Sequence record: KX452698
Strand: one strand, 5' to 3'
Length of the DNA stretch: 64,000 nucleotides
Origin: Shigella phage KNP5
The notes under the pieces were generated by a model that ran no database searches, had not been told where the DNA came from, and saw only the letters and a program-made list of their open reading frames with translations. Position 1 is the first letter of the stretch. The number at the start of each line of letters is the position of its first letter. The translations under genes and the position numbers were made by a program. Positions 48,777-59,193 of the stretch are shown in pieces.

Positions 48777-50288
48777 ATGACTGACATTAAAGTACATTTT
48801 TATGATTTTAGTCACGTGAGAATTGATTGTGAAGAAAGTACATTTCATGAACTCCGTGATTTCTTTAGCTTTGAAGCTGATGGGTATCGTTTTAATCCGA
48901 AGTACAAATATGGTCACTGGGATGGACGAATCCGTCTTTTAGATTATAATCGCCTTCTTCCATTCGGCTTAGTCGGGCAAATTAAAAAGTTCTGTGATAA
49001 CTTTGGCTATAAAGCCTGGATTGACCCGCAGATTAACGAAAAAGAAGAATTATCAAGAAAAGATTTTGATGAATGGCTTTCTAAATTAGAAATCTATTCA
49101 GGAAATAAAAGAATTGAACCACACTGGTATCAAAAAGATGCAGTGTTCGAAGGATTAGTTAATCGTCGTAGAATTCTTAATCTTCCAACATCCGCAGGTA
49201 AATCTTTAATTCAAGCTTTGCTCGCTCGGTATTATTTGGAAAATTATGAAGGCAAAATTCTTATCATTGTTCCAACAACTGCTCTGACAACTCAGATGGC
49301 TGATGACTTTGTTGACTATCGTTTATTCAGTCATGCAATGATAAAGAAAATTGGTGGTGGAGCATCAAAAGATGATAAATATAAAAATGATGCACCAGTC
49401 GTTGTTGGCACATGGCAAACTGTAGTAAAACAGCCAAAAGAATGGTTCTCACAGTTTGGAATGATGATGAACGATGAATGCCATCTTGCCACAGGAAAAA
49501 GTATTTCATCTATCATATCAGGTTTAAATAACTGTATGTTCAAATTTGGTTTGTCTGGTTCATTACGTGATGGCAAAGCCAATATCATGCAGTATGTTGG
49601 AATGTTTGGTGAAATATTTAAGCCAGTAACGACTTCTAAATTAATGGAAGATGGACAAGTAACTGAGTTAAAAATTAATAGCATTTTTCTTCGCTATCCC
49701 GATGAGTTCACTACTAAATTAAAGGGAAAAACTTATCAAGAAGAAATAAAAATTATTACTGGACTCAGTAAAAGAAATAAATGGATCGCTAAATTAGCTA
49801 TTAAGCTTGCACAAAAAGATGAAAACGCTTTTGTCATGTTTAAACACGTATCGCACGGTAAAGCTATTTTCGATTTAATTAAAAATGAATACGATAAAGT
49901 TTATTACGTATCAGGGGAAGTTGATACCGAAACACGCAACGTAATGAAAACCTTAGCTGAAAACGGTAAAGGAATAATTATAGTAGCTAGTTATGGCGTA
50001 TTTTCTACTGGTATTTCAGTTAAAAATCTGCATCACGTTGTTTTAGCACACGGTGTTAAATCTAAAATTATTGTATTGCAAACAATAGGTCGCGTATTAC
50101 GTAAGCATGGTTCTAAAACAATCGCAACGGTCTGGGACCTCATCGATGATTGCGGTGTTAAGCCAAAATCTGCTAATACGAAAAAGAAATACGTTCATTT
50201 GAACTATCTTTTAAAACATGGCATTGATCGTATTCAGCGCTACGCAGATGAAAAATTTAATTACGTAATGAAAACAGTTAATTTATAA
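48777..50288 (+). CDS. uvsW: UvsW DNA/RNA helicase
   Basis: 503 aa; Walker A PTSAGKS, DECH box; matches T4 UvsW. Confidence 0.93.
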   Translation: MTDIKVHFYDFSHVRIDCEESTFHELRDFFSFEADGYRFNPKYKYGHWDGRIRLLDYNRLLPFGLVGQIKKFCDNFGYKAWIDPQINEKEELSRKDFDEWLSKLEIYSGNKRIEPHWYQKDAVFEGLVNRRRILNLPTSAGKSLIQALLARYYLENYEGKILIIVPTTALTTQMADDFVDYRLFSHAMIKKIGGGASKDDKYKNDAPVVVGTWQTVVKQPKEWFSQFGMMMNDECHLATGKSISSIISGLNNCMFKFGLSGSLRDGKANIMQYVGMFGEIFKPVTTSKLMEDGQVTELKINSIFLRYPDEFTTKLKGKTYQEEIKIITGLSKRNKWIAKLAIKLAQKDENAFVMFKHVSHGKAIFDLIKNEYDKVYYVSGEVDTETRNVMKTLAENGKGIIIVASYGVFSTGISVKNLHHVVLAHGVKSKIIVLQTIGRVLRKHGSKTIATVWDLIDDCGVKPKSANTKKKYVHLNYLLKHGIDRIQRYADEKFNYVMKTVNL

Positions 50289-50313
50289 GGGCTTCGGCCC
50301 TTTGGAGAAAAAA

Positions 50314-50544
50314 ATGTTACTAGAATTTAAACAATTTCTTTATGAAGCTTCTATTGATGAATTTATGGGTAAAATTGCCTCTTGTCAAACAATAGAAGGT
50401 CTAGAAGAACTTGAAGCTTATTATAAGAAAAGAGTTAAAGAAACTGAATTAAAAGATACTGATGACATCTCAGTCAGAGATGCTTTGGCAGGAAAAAGAG
50501 CTGAATTAGAAGATTCAGACGATGAAGTAGAAGAAAGCTTTTAA
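50314..50544 (+). CDS. uvsW.1: UvsW.1 accessory protein
   Basis: start at MLLEFKQFLYEAS, giving 76 aa as in T4. Confidence 0.8.
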   Translation: MLLEFKQFLYEASIDEFMGKIASCQTIEGLEELEAYYKKRVKETELKDTDDISVRDALAGKRAELEDSDDEVEESF

Positions 50545-50599
50545 ATTAAAAAAGGCCCAACCAAAAAGGAAGGGCCAAAACTATAGACTAAAGGTCACA

Positions 50600-50767
50600 C
50601 TATAGCAAAAGTTGCGTTTCATTTAATTGTTCTTCCGAACTTTCTGAAACTGGTAGTTCTTTAATGTAATTATAACAAGGCCCAGGATGTACAGGACCTT
50701 TGTCTGTTTCAACAACCAATGCAGAATCGATTGGAGTTTTACAGACAACACAAATCTTATCTGACAT
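50600..50767 (-). CDS. small Cys-rich hypothetical protein (not in ORF track; below size cutoff)
   Basis: hand translation MSDKICVVCKTPIDSALVVETDKGPVHPGPCYNYIKELPVSESSEEQLNETQLLL, 55 aa; CxxC ... C spacing suggests a small zinc-binding fold. Confidence 0.4.
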   Translation of the reverse strand: MSDKICVVCKTPIDSALVVETDKGPVHPGPCYNYIKELPVSESSEEQLNETQLLL

Positions 50768-50795
50768 GATTGTCTCCTCTAAATTATATATCTAT

Positions 50796-51020
50796 TTATA
50801 TAACTCTCATATGCATATCAATGCCCATATCTTTAGAATAAAAATATTCATCAAGATATCCAGCAAATTTTCCTTTAATATAAAGTACATCTTCACCGCA
50901 TGGATGGTCGGCCAGGATACGAATATCCTGACGCTTGAGATTATACTTTTTCATTAAGAATTGAATTTCCGTTTCGAATTCTTCTTCATAATTAAAAGCA
51001 TCATCAATGCTATATTTCAT
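50796..51020 (-). CDS. hypothetical protein downstream of uvsY (T4 uvsY.-1-like position)
   Basis: 74 aa ORF, ATGA-type overlap with uvsY. Confidence 0.6.
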   Translation of the reverse strand: MKYSIDDAFNYEEEFETEIQFLMKKYNLKRQDIRILADHPCGEDVLYIKGKFAGYLDEYFYSKDMGIDMHMRVI

Positions 51021-51433
51021 TATTTTCCAGCCTCAAATGCTCGCATGTCTTGAATATGCTTAATAGCAAATCCGCGTGATTTAATAGCATCAAGAGCTCC
51101 GCTACAGAAATCCAATAAAATTCCCCAATATTGCAATGAAGTATCAACTTTTAAAACATCCTTATCAGCTGATAGAACTGTCTTCATTTCTGATTTCTCA
51201 TAACGGTCCATACTAAATTCATCACCATCTCCTCGTCCCGAGTAGTAGTCTAATCTAGCTTTAAGAGCAACTTTTTTCTGTGCGTCAATTCTAAGCATTT
51301 CCTTTTTAATACTTGAATGCTTATTAAGCCATTTACTATATAACATCACATTATTAGCTGCTTCATACTGTAATTTAGTCGAATCTATAAACACATCTTT
51401 CTTCAATTCTTCTTGAAGATCTTCTAATTTCAT
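51020..51433 (-). CDS. uvsY: recombination mediator protein UvsY
   Basis: 137 aa, matches T4 UvsY. Confidence 0.93.
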   Translation of the reverse strand: MKLEDLQEELKKDVFIDSTKLQYEAANNVMLYSKWLNKHSSIKKEMLRIDAQKKVALKARLDYYSGRGDGDEFSMDRYEKSEMKTVLSADKDVLKVDTSLQYWGILLDFCSGALDAIKSRGFAIKHIQDMRAFEAGK

Positions 51434-51499
51434 ATTGTTCTCTATTCAATTGTTATTGGATGGACTTAGATTCATTATACCACGTTTATACGTGAAGCA

Positions 51500-51898
51500 T
51501 TATACTCTGTTACTGGAAGCCAGTTGTAGTTTTATCTGCTCAATATCATCAGGGTTATCGATGACTGAAAAGCGTATTTCTACTATCAGAGTATAATCAT
51601 CATAAACTGGTATTACATTAACTGCTAATTTATCAATACGTGGCTCGTAGTTTCTTACTGCGCTTTCAATGTTACGCTCAACAGTATCAGCAGTAAGAGG
51701 AGTCATATTCTCAAAAAGCTGATCAGATAAATCGCATCCAAATTCTGGGTCAAATGGCCTTGACCCTTTTCTAGTTGTAATAATTCCTAAAAGGCTATTT
51801 TTAATTGACCTTAATCCAAGGGATCTGGAAACGTCTTTGTCCCAATCCATTTTCATTTCTGGGTCAATGTCAGAATAAAGCTTATTAATATTTGCCAT
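51500..51898 (-). CDS. 25: baseplate wedge protein gp25
   Basis: 132 aa, matches T4 gp25. Confidence 0.92.
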   Translation of the reverse strand: MANINKLYSDIDPEMKMDWDKDVSRSLGLRSIKNSLLGIITTRKGSRPFDPEFGCDLSDQLFENMTPLTADTVERNIESAVRNYEPRIDKLAVNVIPVYDDYTLIVEIRFSVIDNPDDIEQIKLQLASSNRV

Positions 51899-52524
51899 TA
51901 CAATAGCTCAAAGAATTCTTTGAGTCCTCTTATTACATGAGCGTGAGTTTTTCCACACTCTGGACACTTAATTGGAACAGCCAAATAAACAGTAGGCTTT
52001 AAAAGCATATCTTTTATAGCTACAATATCTGACTCTGTGATGATAGAATATAAATCTTCCAGTTCTTTTTCATTTAAGTCTTCAACTGGAATGCTTTCAC
52101 CGTTAGCATGAATCGTTTCTATACATGATACTATCATGTGGGCTATATTTTTATCATCAAAAATTTTAGGGTAATGGAACTTAATTTTGATATTACCTAG
52201 TGTATACCAGAGGTCTTCTGGTGCATCTACTTGCGTATGTAATAGATTTATATGGGTTGGTATTTCAGTTCCACAGGTGCACTTCCAGGAGTTTTCGTGA
52301 TTAACTTCTCCAAGAGAATGCGCCCATAAATGAATCAGCAGTAGTTCTGATTCTTGGCGGTTTAAATCTTTTGCATTTGTGCATTCTTTGATTAGCTTTT
52401 TAACGATCTCTTCTACTGAACCGTTCTTTTTAGCAGTAATAAGCTCTAGATATTCTTTAAGAGTAAATGCGCGGCAGTTGATTATTTTAGAACCAACTCT
52501 CACATCAAATTTGTATTCATACAT
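51898..52524 (-). CDS. 26: baseplate hub protein gp26
   Basis: 208 aa, matches T4 gp26. Confidence 0.9.
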   Translation of the reverse strand: MYEYKFDVRVGSKIINCRAFTLKEYLELITAKKNGSVEEIVKKLIKECTNAKDLNRQESELLLIHLWAHSLGEVNHENSWKCTCGTEIPTHINLLHTQVDAPEDLWYTLGNIKIKFHYPKIFDDKNIAHMIVSCIETIHANGESIPVEDLNEKELEDLYSIITESDIVAIKDMLLKPTVYLAVPIKCPECGKTHAHVIRGLKEFFELL

Positions 52525-52545
52525 ATTTAGCTCCTTTATTTATCA

Positions 52546-52557
52546 TATTTATAAATA
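52546..52557. promoter_or_regulatory. overlapping divergent late promoters for gene 26 (-) and gene 51 (+)
   Basis: palindromic atatttataaatag: TATAAATA readable on both strands. Confidence 0.65.
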
Positions 52558-52574
52558 GAATAAAAGGAGCATCT

Positions 52575-53324
52575 ATGGCAAACATTATTCGTTGTAAATT
52601 ACCAGATGGTGTTCATCGTTTTAAACCATTTACGGTAGAAGATTATCGAGATTTTTTGTTAGTTCGAAACGATATAGAACATCGGTCACCACAAGAACAA
52701 AAAGAAATAATTGCTGATTTAATTGCTGATTATTTTGGAGACTATCCGAAGACTTGGCAACCATTTATATTTTTACAGGTATTTGTAGGGTCAATAGGCA
52801 AAACTAAAGTACCGGTCACATTTGTATGCCCAAAATGTAAAAAAGAAAAGACAGTTCCATTTGAAATATATCAAAAAGAATTAAAGGAACCTATTTTTGA
52901 CGTAGCTAATGTTAGAATTAAATTAAATTTTCCTTCTGAGTTTTATGAAAATAAAGCAAAGATGATTACTGAAAATATTCATTCTGTTCAAGTAGATGAA
53001 ATATGGTATGATTGGAAGGAAATTAGTGAATCAAGTCAAATAGAACTTGTTGACGCTATTGAGATAGAAACATTAGAAAAAATTCTCGATGCAATGAATC
53101 CTATTAATTTAACACTGCATATGTCGTGTTGTAATAAGTATGTAAAAAAATACACTGATATAGTAGATGTGTTTAAGCTATTAGTTAATCCAGATGAGAT
53201 ATTTACTTTTTATCAAATCAATCACACGCTCGTAAAAAGTAATTATAGCTTAAATTCAATAATGAAAATGATTCCTGCTGAGCGCGGATTCGTATTAAAA
53301 CTGATTGAGAAGGATAAACAATAA
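52575..53324 (+). CDS. 51: baseplate hub assembly protein gp51
   Basis: 249 aa, matches T4 gp51. Confidence 0.9.
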   Translation: MANIIRCKLPDGVHRFKPFTVEDYRDFLLVRNDIEHRSPQEQKEIIADLIADYFGDYPKTWQPFIFLQVFVGSIGKTKVPVTFVCPKCKKEKTVPFEIYQKELKEPIFDVANVRIKLNFPSEFYENKAKMITENIHSVQVDEIWYDWKEISESSQIELVDAIEIETLEKILDAMNPINLTLHMSCCNKYVKKYTDIVDVFKLLVNPDEIFTFYQINHTLVKSNYSLNSIMKMIPAERGFVLKLIEKDKQ

Positions 53325-54499
53325 TGAGTATGTTGCAACGCCCCGGATATCCAAATCTCAGCGTTAAATTATTTGAGAGTTATGACGCTTGGAGTAATAA
53401 TAGATTTGTTGAATTAGCTGCTACTATTACCACATTAACTATGCGGGATTCTCTTTATGGTCGAAATGAAGGAATGCTACAGTTTTATGATTCTAAAAAT
53501 ATCCATACAAAAATGGATGGAAATGAAATAATTCAGATTTCTGTAGCTAACGCAAACGATATTAATAATGTTAAAACACGAATTTATGGATGTAAGCATT
53601 TTTCTGTATCTGTAGATTCAAAGGGCGATAACATCATTGCTATTGAATTGGGAACTATTCATTCCATAGAAAATCTTAAATTTGGCAGACCGTTTTTCTC
53701 TGATGTAGGTGAATCTATAAAGGAAATGCTTGGCGTCATTTACCAGGATCGCACATTATTAACTCCAGCAATAAATGCTATAAATGCTTATGTTCCTGAT
53801 ATTCCATGGACTAGCACATTTGAAAACTATTTGTCATATGTCAGAGAAGTTGCTCTAGCTGTAGGAAGTGACAAATTTGTATTTGTATGGCAAGACATCA
53901 TGGGAGTTAACATGATGGACTATGATATGATGATAAATCAAGAACCATATCCAATGATTGTCGGTGAGCCATCTTTAATAGGTCAATTCATCCAAGAATT
54001 AAAATATCCATTAGCATATGATTTCGTTTGGTTGACTAAATCGAATCCTCACAAACGTGACCCAATGAAAAATGCTACTATCTATGCTCATTCATTTTTA
54101 GATTCTTCATTGCCAATGATTACTACAGGAAAGGGCGAAAACTCTATTGTAGTGTCCAGATCAGGTGCTTATTCTGAAATGACTTATAGGAATGGCTATG
54201 AAGAAGCTATTCGTCTTCAAACTATGGCGCAATATGACGGCTATGCTAAATGTTCTACTGTCGGTAATTTTAACTTGACTCCTGGCGTTAAAATTATTTT
54301 TAATGATAGTAAAAACCAATTTAAAACAGAATTTTACGTTGATGAAGTTATCCATGAATTATCCAATAATAATTCAGTAACTCATCTATATATGTTCACT
54401 AATGCAACGAAACTGGAAACAATAGACCCAGTTAAGGTTAAAAATGAATTTAAATCTGATACTACCACTGAAGAAAGTAGTTCTTCCAATAAGCAATAA
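53324..54499 (+). CDS. 27: baseplate hub protein gp27
   Basis: 391 aa, matches T4 gp27. Confidence 0.93.
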   Translation: MSMLQRPGYPNLSVKLFESYDAWSNNRFVELAATITTLTMRDSLYGRNEGMLQFYDSKNIHTKMDGNEIIQISVANANDINNVKTRIYGCKHFSVSVDSKGDNIIAIELGTIHSIENLKFGRPFFSDVGESIKEMLGVIYQDRTLLTPAINAINAYVPDIPWTSTFENYLSYVREVALAVGSDKFVFVWQDIMGVNMMDYDMMINQEPYPMIVGEPSLIGQFIQELKYPLAYDFVWLTKSNPHKRDPMKNATIYAHSFLDSSLPMITTGKGENSIVVSRSGAYSEMTYRNGYEEAIRLQTMAQYDGYAKCSTVGNFNLTPGVKIIFNDSKNQFKTEFYVDEVIHELSNNNSVTHLYMFTNATKLETIDPVKVKNEFKSDTTTEESSSSNKQ

Positions 54500-54977
54500 A
54501 GAAGTTTCTATTCCTAAAATGGGTCTTAAACATTATAGCATTTTAAAAGATGTTAAAGGTCCTGATGAAAATTTAAAACTTCTTATTGATTCTATTTGTC
54601 CGAATTTATCACCAGCAGAAGTTGATTTCGTTTCCATTCATTTATTGGAATTTAATGGAAAGATTAAATCCCGTAAAGAAATAGATGGTTATACTTATGA
54701 CATTAATGATGTTTATGTGTGCCAAAGATTAGAATTTCAATACCAAGGAAATACATTTTATTTTAGACCTCCTGGAAAATTTGAGCAATTTTTGACAGTA
54801 AGCGATATGTTATCTAAATGCTTGCTTAAGGTCAATGATGAAGTTAAAGAAATTAATTTTCTTGAGATGCCAGCATTTGTATTAAAATGGGCAAATGATA
54901 TTTCTACAACTTTAGCAATTCCTGGCCCTAATGGTCCAATAACTGGAATTGGCAATATTATTGGATTATTTGAATGA
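54444..54977 (+). CDS. 28: baseplate hub distal subunit gp28
   Basis: 177 aa, matches T4 gp28; overlaps the gene 27 end. Confidence 0.85.
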   Translation: MNLNLILPLKKVVLPISNKEVSIPKMGLKHYSILKDVKGPDENLKLLIDSICPNLSPAEVDFVSIHLLEFNGKIKSRKEIDGYTYDINDVYVCQRLEFQYQGNTFYFRPPGKFEQFLTVSDMLSKCLLKVNDEVKEINFLEMPAFVLKWANDISTTLAIPGPNGPITGIGNIIGLFE

Positions 54978-56746
54978 AAAAGCCACAAGAAATGCAAACG
55001 ATGCGTAGAAAAGTTATTTCAGATAATAAACCAGTTCAGGAAGCGGCTAAATCCGCTTCTAATACTTTATCTGGACTTAACGATATATCTACGAAATTGG
55101 ATGATGCTCAAGCTGCTTCTGAATTAATTGCTCAAACTGTCGAAGAAAAATCGAATGAAATAATTGGAGCAATTGACAATGTAGAAAGCGCAGTGAGTGA
55201 TACTACTGCTGGTTCTGAGTTAATTGCTGAAACTGTTGAAATTGGCAATAATATTAATAAAGAAATCGGCGAATCGCTCGGGAGCAAATTAGATAAATTA
55301 ACAAGTTTACTAGAGCAAAAAATTCAGACAGCTGGAATTCAACAGACTGGAACTAGTTTAGCCACGGTTGAAAGCGCTATTCCTGTTAAAGTTGTTGAGG
55401 ACGATACAGCTGAATCTGTGGGTCCTTTATTACCGGCTCCTGAAGCAGTTAATAATGATCCTGATGCTGATTTTTTCCCTACCCCTCAGCCAGTTGAACC
55501 CAAACAAGAATCGCCAGAAGAAAAACAGAAAAAAGAAGCATTTAATTTAAAATTATCTCAAGCTTTAGATAAATTAACAAAGACTGTTGATTTTGGATTT
55601 AAAAAATCCATTTCAATTACTGATAAAATATCAAGCATGCTATTTAAGTATACTGTCAGTGCTGCTATTGAAGCTGCTAAAATGGTTGCATTAATAATGG
55701 CTGTTGTTATTGGAATAGACCTACTGATGGTTCATTTTAAATATTGGTCAGATAAATTTTCAAAAGCCTGGGATTTGTTTAGCACTGATTTTAAAACTTT
55801 TTCAAGCGAAACCGGAACTTGGGGTCCTTTATTACAGAGCATCTTTGAATCTATTGATGAAATTAAAAAGTTCTGGGAAGCTGGAGACTGGGGTGGATTG
55901 ACAGTAGCTATTGTGGAAGGACTTGGAAGTGTTCTTTATAATTTAGGAGAACTTATTCAACTTGGAATGGCTAAATTATCAGCAGCAATTCTTCGAGTTA
56001 TTCCTGGTATGAAGGATACCGCTGATGAAGTAGAAGGAAGAGCATTAGAAAATTTCCAAAATTCTACTGGAGCATCTCTCAATAAAGAAGACCAAGAAAA
56101 AGTAGCAAATTATCAAGATAAACGAATGAATGACGATCTTGGTCCAATAGCAAAAGGATTAGATAAAATTGCTAATTGGAAAACCCGTGCATCTAACTGG
56201 ATTCGTGGTGTTGATAATAAAGAAGCATTGACAACCGATGAAGAACGCGCAGCAGAAGAAGAAAAATTAAAGCAACTTTCACCAGAAGAAAGAAAAAATG
56301 CTTTAATGAAGGCTAATGAAGCTCGGGCCGCGATGATTCGTTTTGAAAAATACGCTGATTCTGCTGATATGAGTAAAGACTCAACGGTTAAATCAGTTGA
56401 AGCTGCTTATGAAGACCTTAAAAAACGAATGGATGACCCGGATTTAAATAATTCACCTGCAGTTAAAAAGGAGCTTGCTTCTAGATTTGCTAAAATTGAT
56501 GCTACTTATCAAGAGCTTAAGAAAAATCAACCTGAGGCCAAACCTGAAACTTCTGCTAAATCGCCAGAAGCAAAACAAGTCCAGGTAATAGAAAAGAACA
56601 AAGCGCAACAAGCTCCTGTTCAACAAGCATCTCCTTCAATCAATAATACTAATAATGTTATTAAGAAAAATACTGTCGTTCATAATATGACACCTGTTAC
56701 GAGTACAACTGCTCCTGGTGTATTTGGCGCGACTGGAGTTAATTAA
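54974..56746 (+). CDS. 29: baseplate hub / tail length determinator gp29
   Basis: 590 aa, matches T4 gp29. Confidence 0.93.
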   Translation: MKKPQEMQTMRRKVISDNKPVQEAAKSASNTLSGLNDISTKLDDAQAASELIAQTVEEKSNEIIGAIDNVESAVSDTTAGSELIAETVEIGNNINKEIGESLGSKLDKLTSLLEQKIQTAGIQQTGTSLATVESAIPVKVVEDDTAESVGPLLPAPEAVNNDPDADFFPTPQPVEPKQESPEEKQKKEAFNLKLSQALDKLTKTVDFGFKKSISITDKISSMLFKYTVSAAIEAAKMVALIMAVVIGIDLLMVHFKYWSDKFSKAWDLFSTDFKTFSSETGTWGPLLQSIFESIDEIKKFWEAGDWGGLTVAIVEGLGSVLYNLGELIQLGMAKLSAAILRVIPGMKDTADEVEGRALENFQNSTGASLNKEDQEKVANYQDKRMNDDLGPIAKGLDKIANWKTRASNWIRGVDNKEALTTDEERAAEEEKLKQLSPEERKNALMKANEARAAMIRFEKYADSADMSKDSTVKSVEAAYEDLKKRMDDPDLNNSPAVKKELASRFAKIDATYQELKKNQPEAKPETSAKSPEAKQVQVIEKNKAQQAPVQQASPSINNTNNVIKKNTVVHNMTPVTSTTAPGVFGATGVN

Positions 56747-56754
56747 GGAATAAT

Positions 56755-57849
56755 ATGGCAATTGTTAAAGAAATAACTGCTGATTTAATTAAAAAGTCTG
56801 GCGAGACAATTTCAGCTGGACAGAGTACTAAATCAGAAGTAGGAACTAAAACATACACAGCCCAGTTTCCAACTGGGCGTGCTAGTGGGAATGACACTAC
56901 AGGGGACTTCCAGGTAACAGATCTATATAAGAATGGATTATTATTTACTGCATACAATATGTCATCTAGGGATTCTGGAAGTCTCAGAACGATGAGATCT
57001 AACTACTCTTCTTCATCTTCTAGTATTTTACGTACAGCCAGAAACACTATCAGTAATACAGTATCAAAACTGTCAAATGGATTAATATCAGATAATAATT
57101 CAGGAACAATAAGTAAAGTTCCTGTTGCAAATATTCTTTTACCGAGATCTAAATCCGATGTTGATACATCATCACATAGATTTAACGATGTTCAAGATAG
57201 TCTTATTACAAAAGGTGGAGGTACTGCTACTGGTGTGTTAAGCAATATGGCTTCAACTGCAGTATTTGGAGCACTGGAAAGTATAACACAAGGTATAATG
57301 GCTGATAATAATGAACAGATTTATACGACAGCCAGAAGTATGTATGGTGGTGCTGAGAATAGAACTAAAGTGTTCACTTGGGATTTGACTCCGCGTTCCA
57401 CGGAAGATTTAATGGCTATTATTAATATCTATCAATATTTTAACTATTTTTCTTATGGTGAAACGGGTAAATCTCAATATGCTGCTGAAATAAAAGGATA
57501 TCTAGATGAGTGGTATCGCTCTACTTTTATTGAGCCATTAACTCCAGAAGATGCAGTTAAAAATAAGACGTTATTTGAGAAAATGACATCGAGTTTAACT
57601 AACGTTCTTGTAGTTTCAAACCCGACAATTTGGATGGTTAAAAACTTTGGCGCAACTTCTAAATTTGACGGAAAAACAGAAGTGTTTGGACCGTGTCAAA
57701 TTCAAAGTATTAGATTTGATAAAACTCCGAATGGTAATTTTAACGGATTAGCTATTGCTCCTAACCTTCCAAGTTCTTTTACGCTCGAGATTACTATGAG
57801 AGAGATTATCACGTTAAACCGTGCTTCTTTATATACGGGGACTTTCTAA
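56755..57849 (+). CDS. 48: baseplate tail tube cap gp48
   Basis: 364 aa, matches T4 gp48. Confidence 0.92.
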   Translation: MAIVKEITADLIKKSGETISAGQSTKSEVGTKTYTAQFPTGRASGNDTTGDFQVTDLYKNGLLFTAYNMSSRDSGSLRTMRSNYSSSSSSILRTARNTISNTVSKLSNGLISDNNSGTISKVPVANILLPRSKSDVDTSSHRFNDVQDSLITKGGGTATGVLSNMASTAVFGALESITQGIMADNNEQIYTTARSMYGGAENRTKVFTWDLTPRSTEDLMAIINIYQYFNYFSYGETGKSQYAAEIKGYLDEWYRSTFIEPLTPEDAVKNKTLFEKMTSSLTNVLVVSNPTIWMVKNFGATSKFDGKTEVFGPCQIQSIRFDKTPNGNFNGLAIAPNLPSSFTLEITMREIITLNRASLYTGTF

Positions 57850-58814
57850 TGTATTCTTTAGAGGAATTTAATAACCAAGCAATAAACGCAGACTTCCAAC
57901 GTAATAATATGTTTAGCTGCGTTTTTGCCACTACTCCATCAACTAAAAGCTCATCATTAATAAGCTCAATTAGTAACTTTGCTTATAACAACTTGGGGCT
58001 AAATTCAGACTGGTTAGGATTGACTCAAGGCGATATTAATCAGGGAATTACCACGCTAATTACTGCTGGTACACAAAAACTGATAAGAAAATCAGGGGTT
58101 AGTAAATATCTTATTGGTGCAATGAGTCAACGCACAGTTCAAAGTTTATTAGGTTCATTTACAGTTGGTACATATTTAATTGACTTCTTTAACATGGCAT
58201 ATAACTCATCTGGATTGATGATATATTCTGTAAAAATGCCAGAGAATAGATTATCCTATGAAACTGACTGGAACTATAACTCTCCTAATATTCGTATAAC
58301 TGGGAGAGAATTAGACCCTTTGGTTATTTCATTTAGAATGGATTCAGAAGCTTGTAACTATCGTGCAATGCAAGACTGGGTTAACGCTGTTCAAGACCCA
58401 GTAACTGGACTGCGTGCTTTGCCACAAGATGTCGAGGCAGATATTCAGGTTAATCTTCATGCTCGTAATGGATTACCTCATACTGCAGTGATGTTCACCG
58501 GATGCATTCCAATGTCAGTGAGCGCTCCTGAGTTATCATATGATGGAGATAACCAAATAACTACGTTTGATGTTACTTTTGCGTATAGAGTCATGCAGGC
58601 TGGAGCAGTTGATAGACAAGCTGCCCTTGAATGGCTTGAATCTGCTGCTATAAACGGTATTCAAAGCGTTCTCGGAAATAGTGGAGGCGTTACTGGATTA
58701 TCTAATTCGCTTTCACGACTTAGTAGATTAGGAGGAACTGCTGGAAGCATTTCAAACATTAATACTATGACAGGAATTGTCAATTCGCAAAGTAAAATAT
58801 TAGGAGCAATATAA
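57849..58814 (+). CDS. 54: baseplate tail tube initiator gp54
   Basis: 321 aa, matches T4 gp54. Confidence 0.92.
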   Translation: MYSLEEFNNQAINADFQRNNMFSCVFATTPSTKSSSLISSISNFAYNNLGLNSDWLGLTQGDINQGITTLITAGTQKLIRKSGVSKYLIGAMSQRTVQSLLGSFTVGTYLIDFFNMAYNSSGLMIYSVKMPENRLSYETDWNYNSPNIRITGRELDPLVISFRMDSEACNYRAMQDWVNAVQDPVTGLRALPQDVEADIQVNLHARNGLPHTAVMFTGCIPMSVSAPELSYDGDNQITTFDVTFAYRVMQAGAVDRQAALEWLESAAINGIQSVLGNSGGVTGLSNSLSRLSRLGGTAGSISNINTMTGIVNSQSKILGAI

Positions 58815-58818
58815 CAAT

Positions 58819-58848
58819 GGGGACCGAAAGGTCCCCATATTTTTATTT
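58819..58848 (+). terminator. rho-independent terminator after gene 54
   Basis: GGGGACC gaaa GGTCCCC followed by atatttttattt. Confidence 0.75.
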
Positions 58849-59133
58849 ACGGAATGAAATAAAAGCAGCAACTGAAGCAACTAAACTGTCTTCAATATAA
58901 ACTTCAATTTTTACCGGAGCTTCTGACTCAAATTTACCTGTTACTACACCTTGGAAAATGCTTTCAGTCTGCTCTGGCTTTGAAAAATTTTCAGAAGGAA
59001 AAATTCCGAACTTTTTATCTGTTCCAAAAATTTTGATAAATTCATCGTAAACTGCTTCATTAAAAGCGTTATCAGCAGGAATAACGCCTTCAACTACAAG
59101 TTCTTGACCTAAAAAGCGTAAAGAAGATTTCAT
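58843..59133 (-). CDS. hypothetical protein
   Basis: 96 aa ORF between gene 54 and the alt paralogue. Confidence 0.5.
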   Translation of the reverse strand: MKSSLRFLGQELVVEGVIPADNAFNEAVYDEFIKIFGTDKKFGIFPSENFSKPEQTESIFQGVVTGKFESEAPVKIEVYIEDSLVASVAAFISFRK

Positions 59134-59193
59134 TTTGTGTTCCTCATGTTATGTCAGTAAGACTACTATAACACAACACGAGGGACTTGTAAA

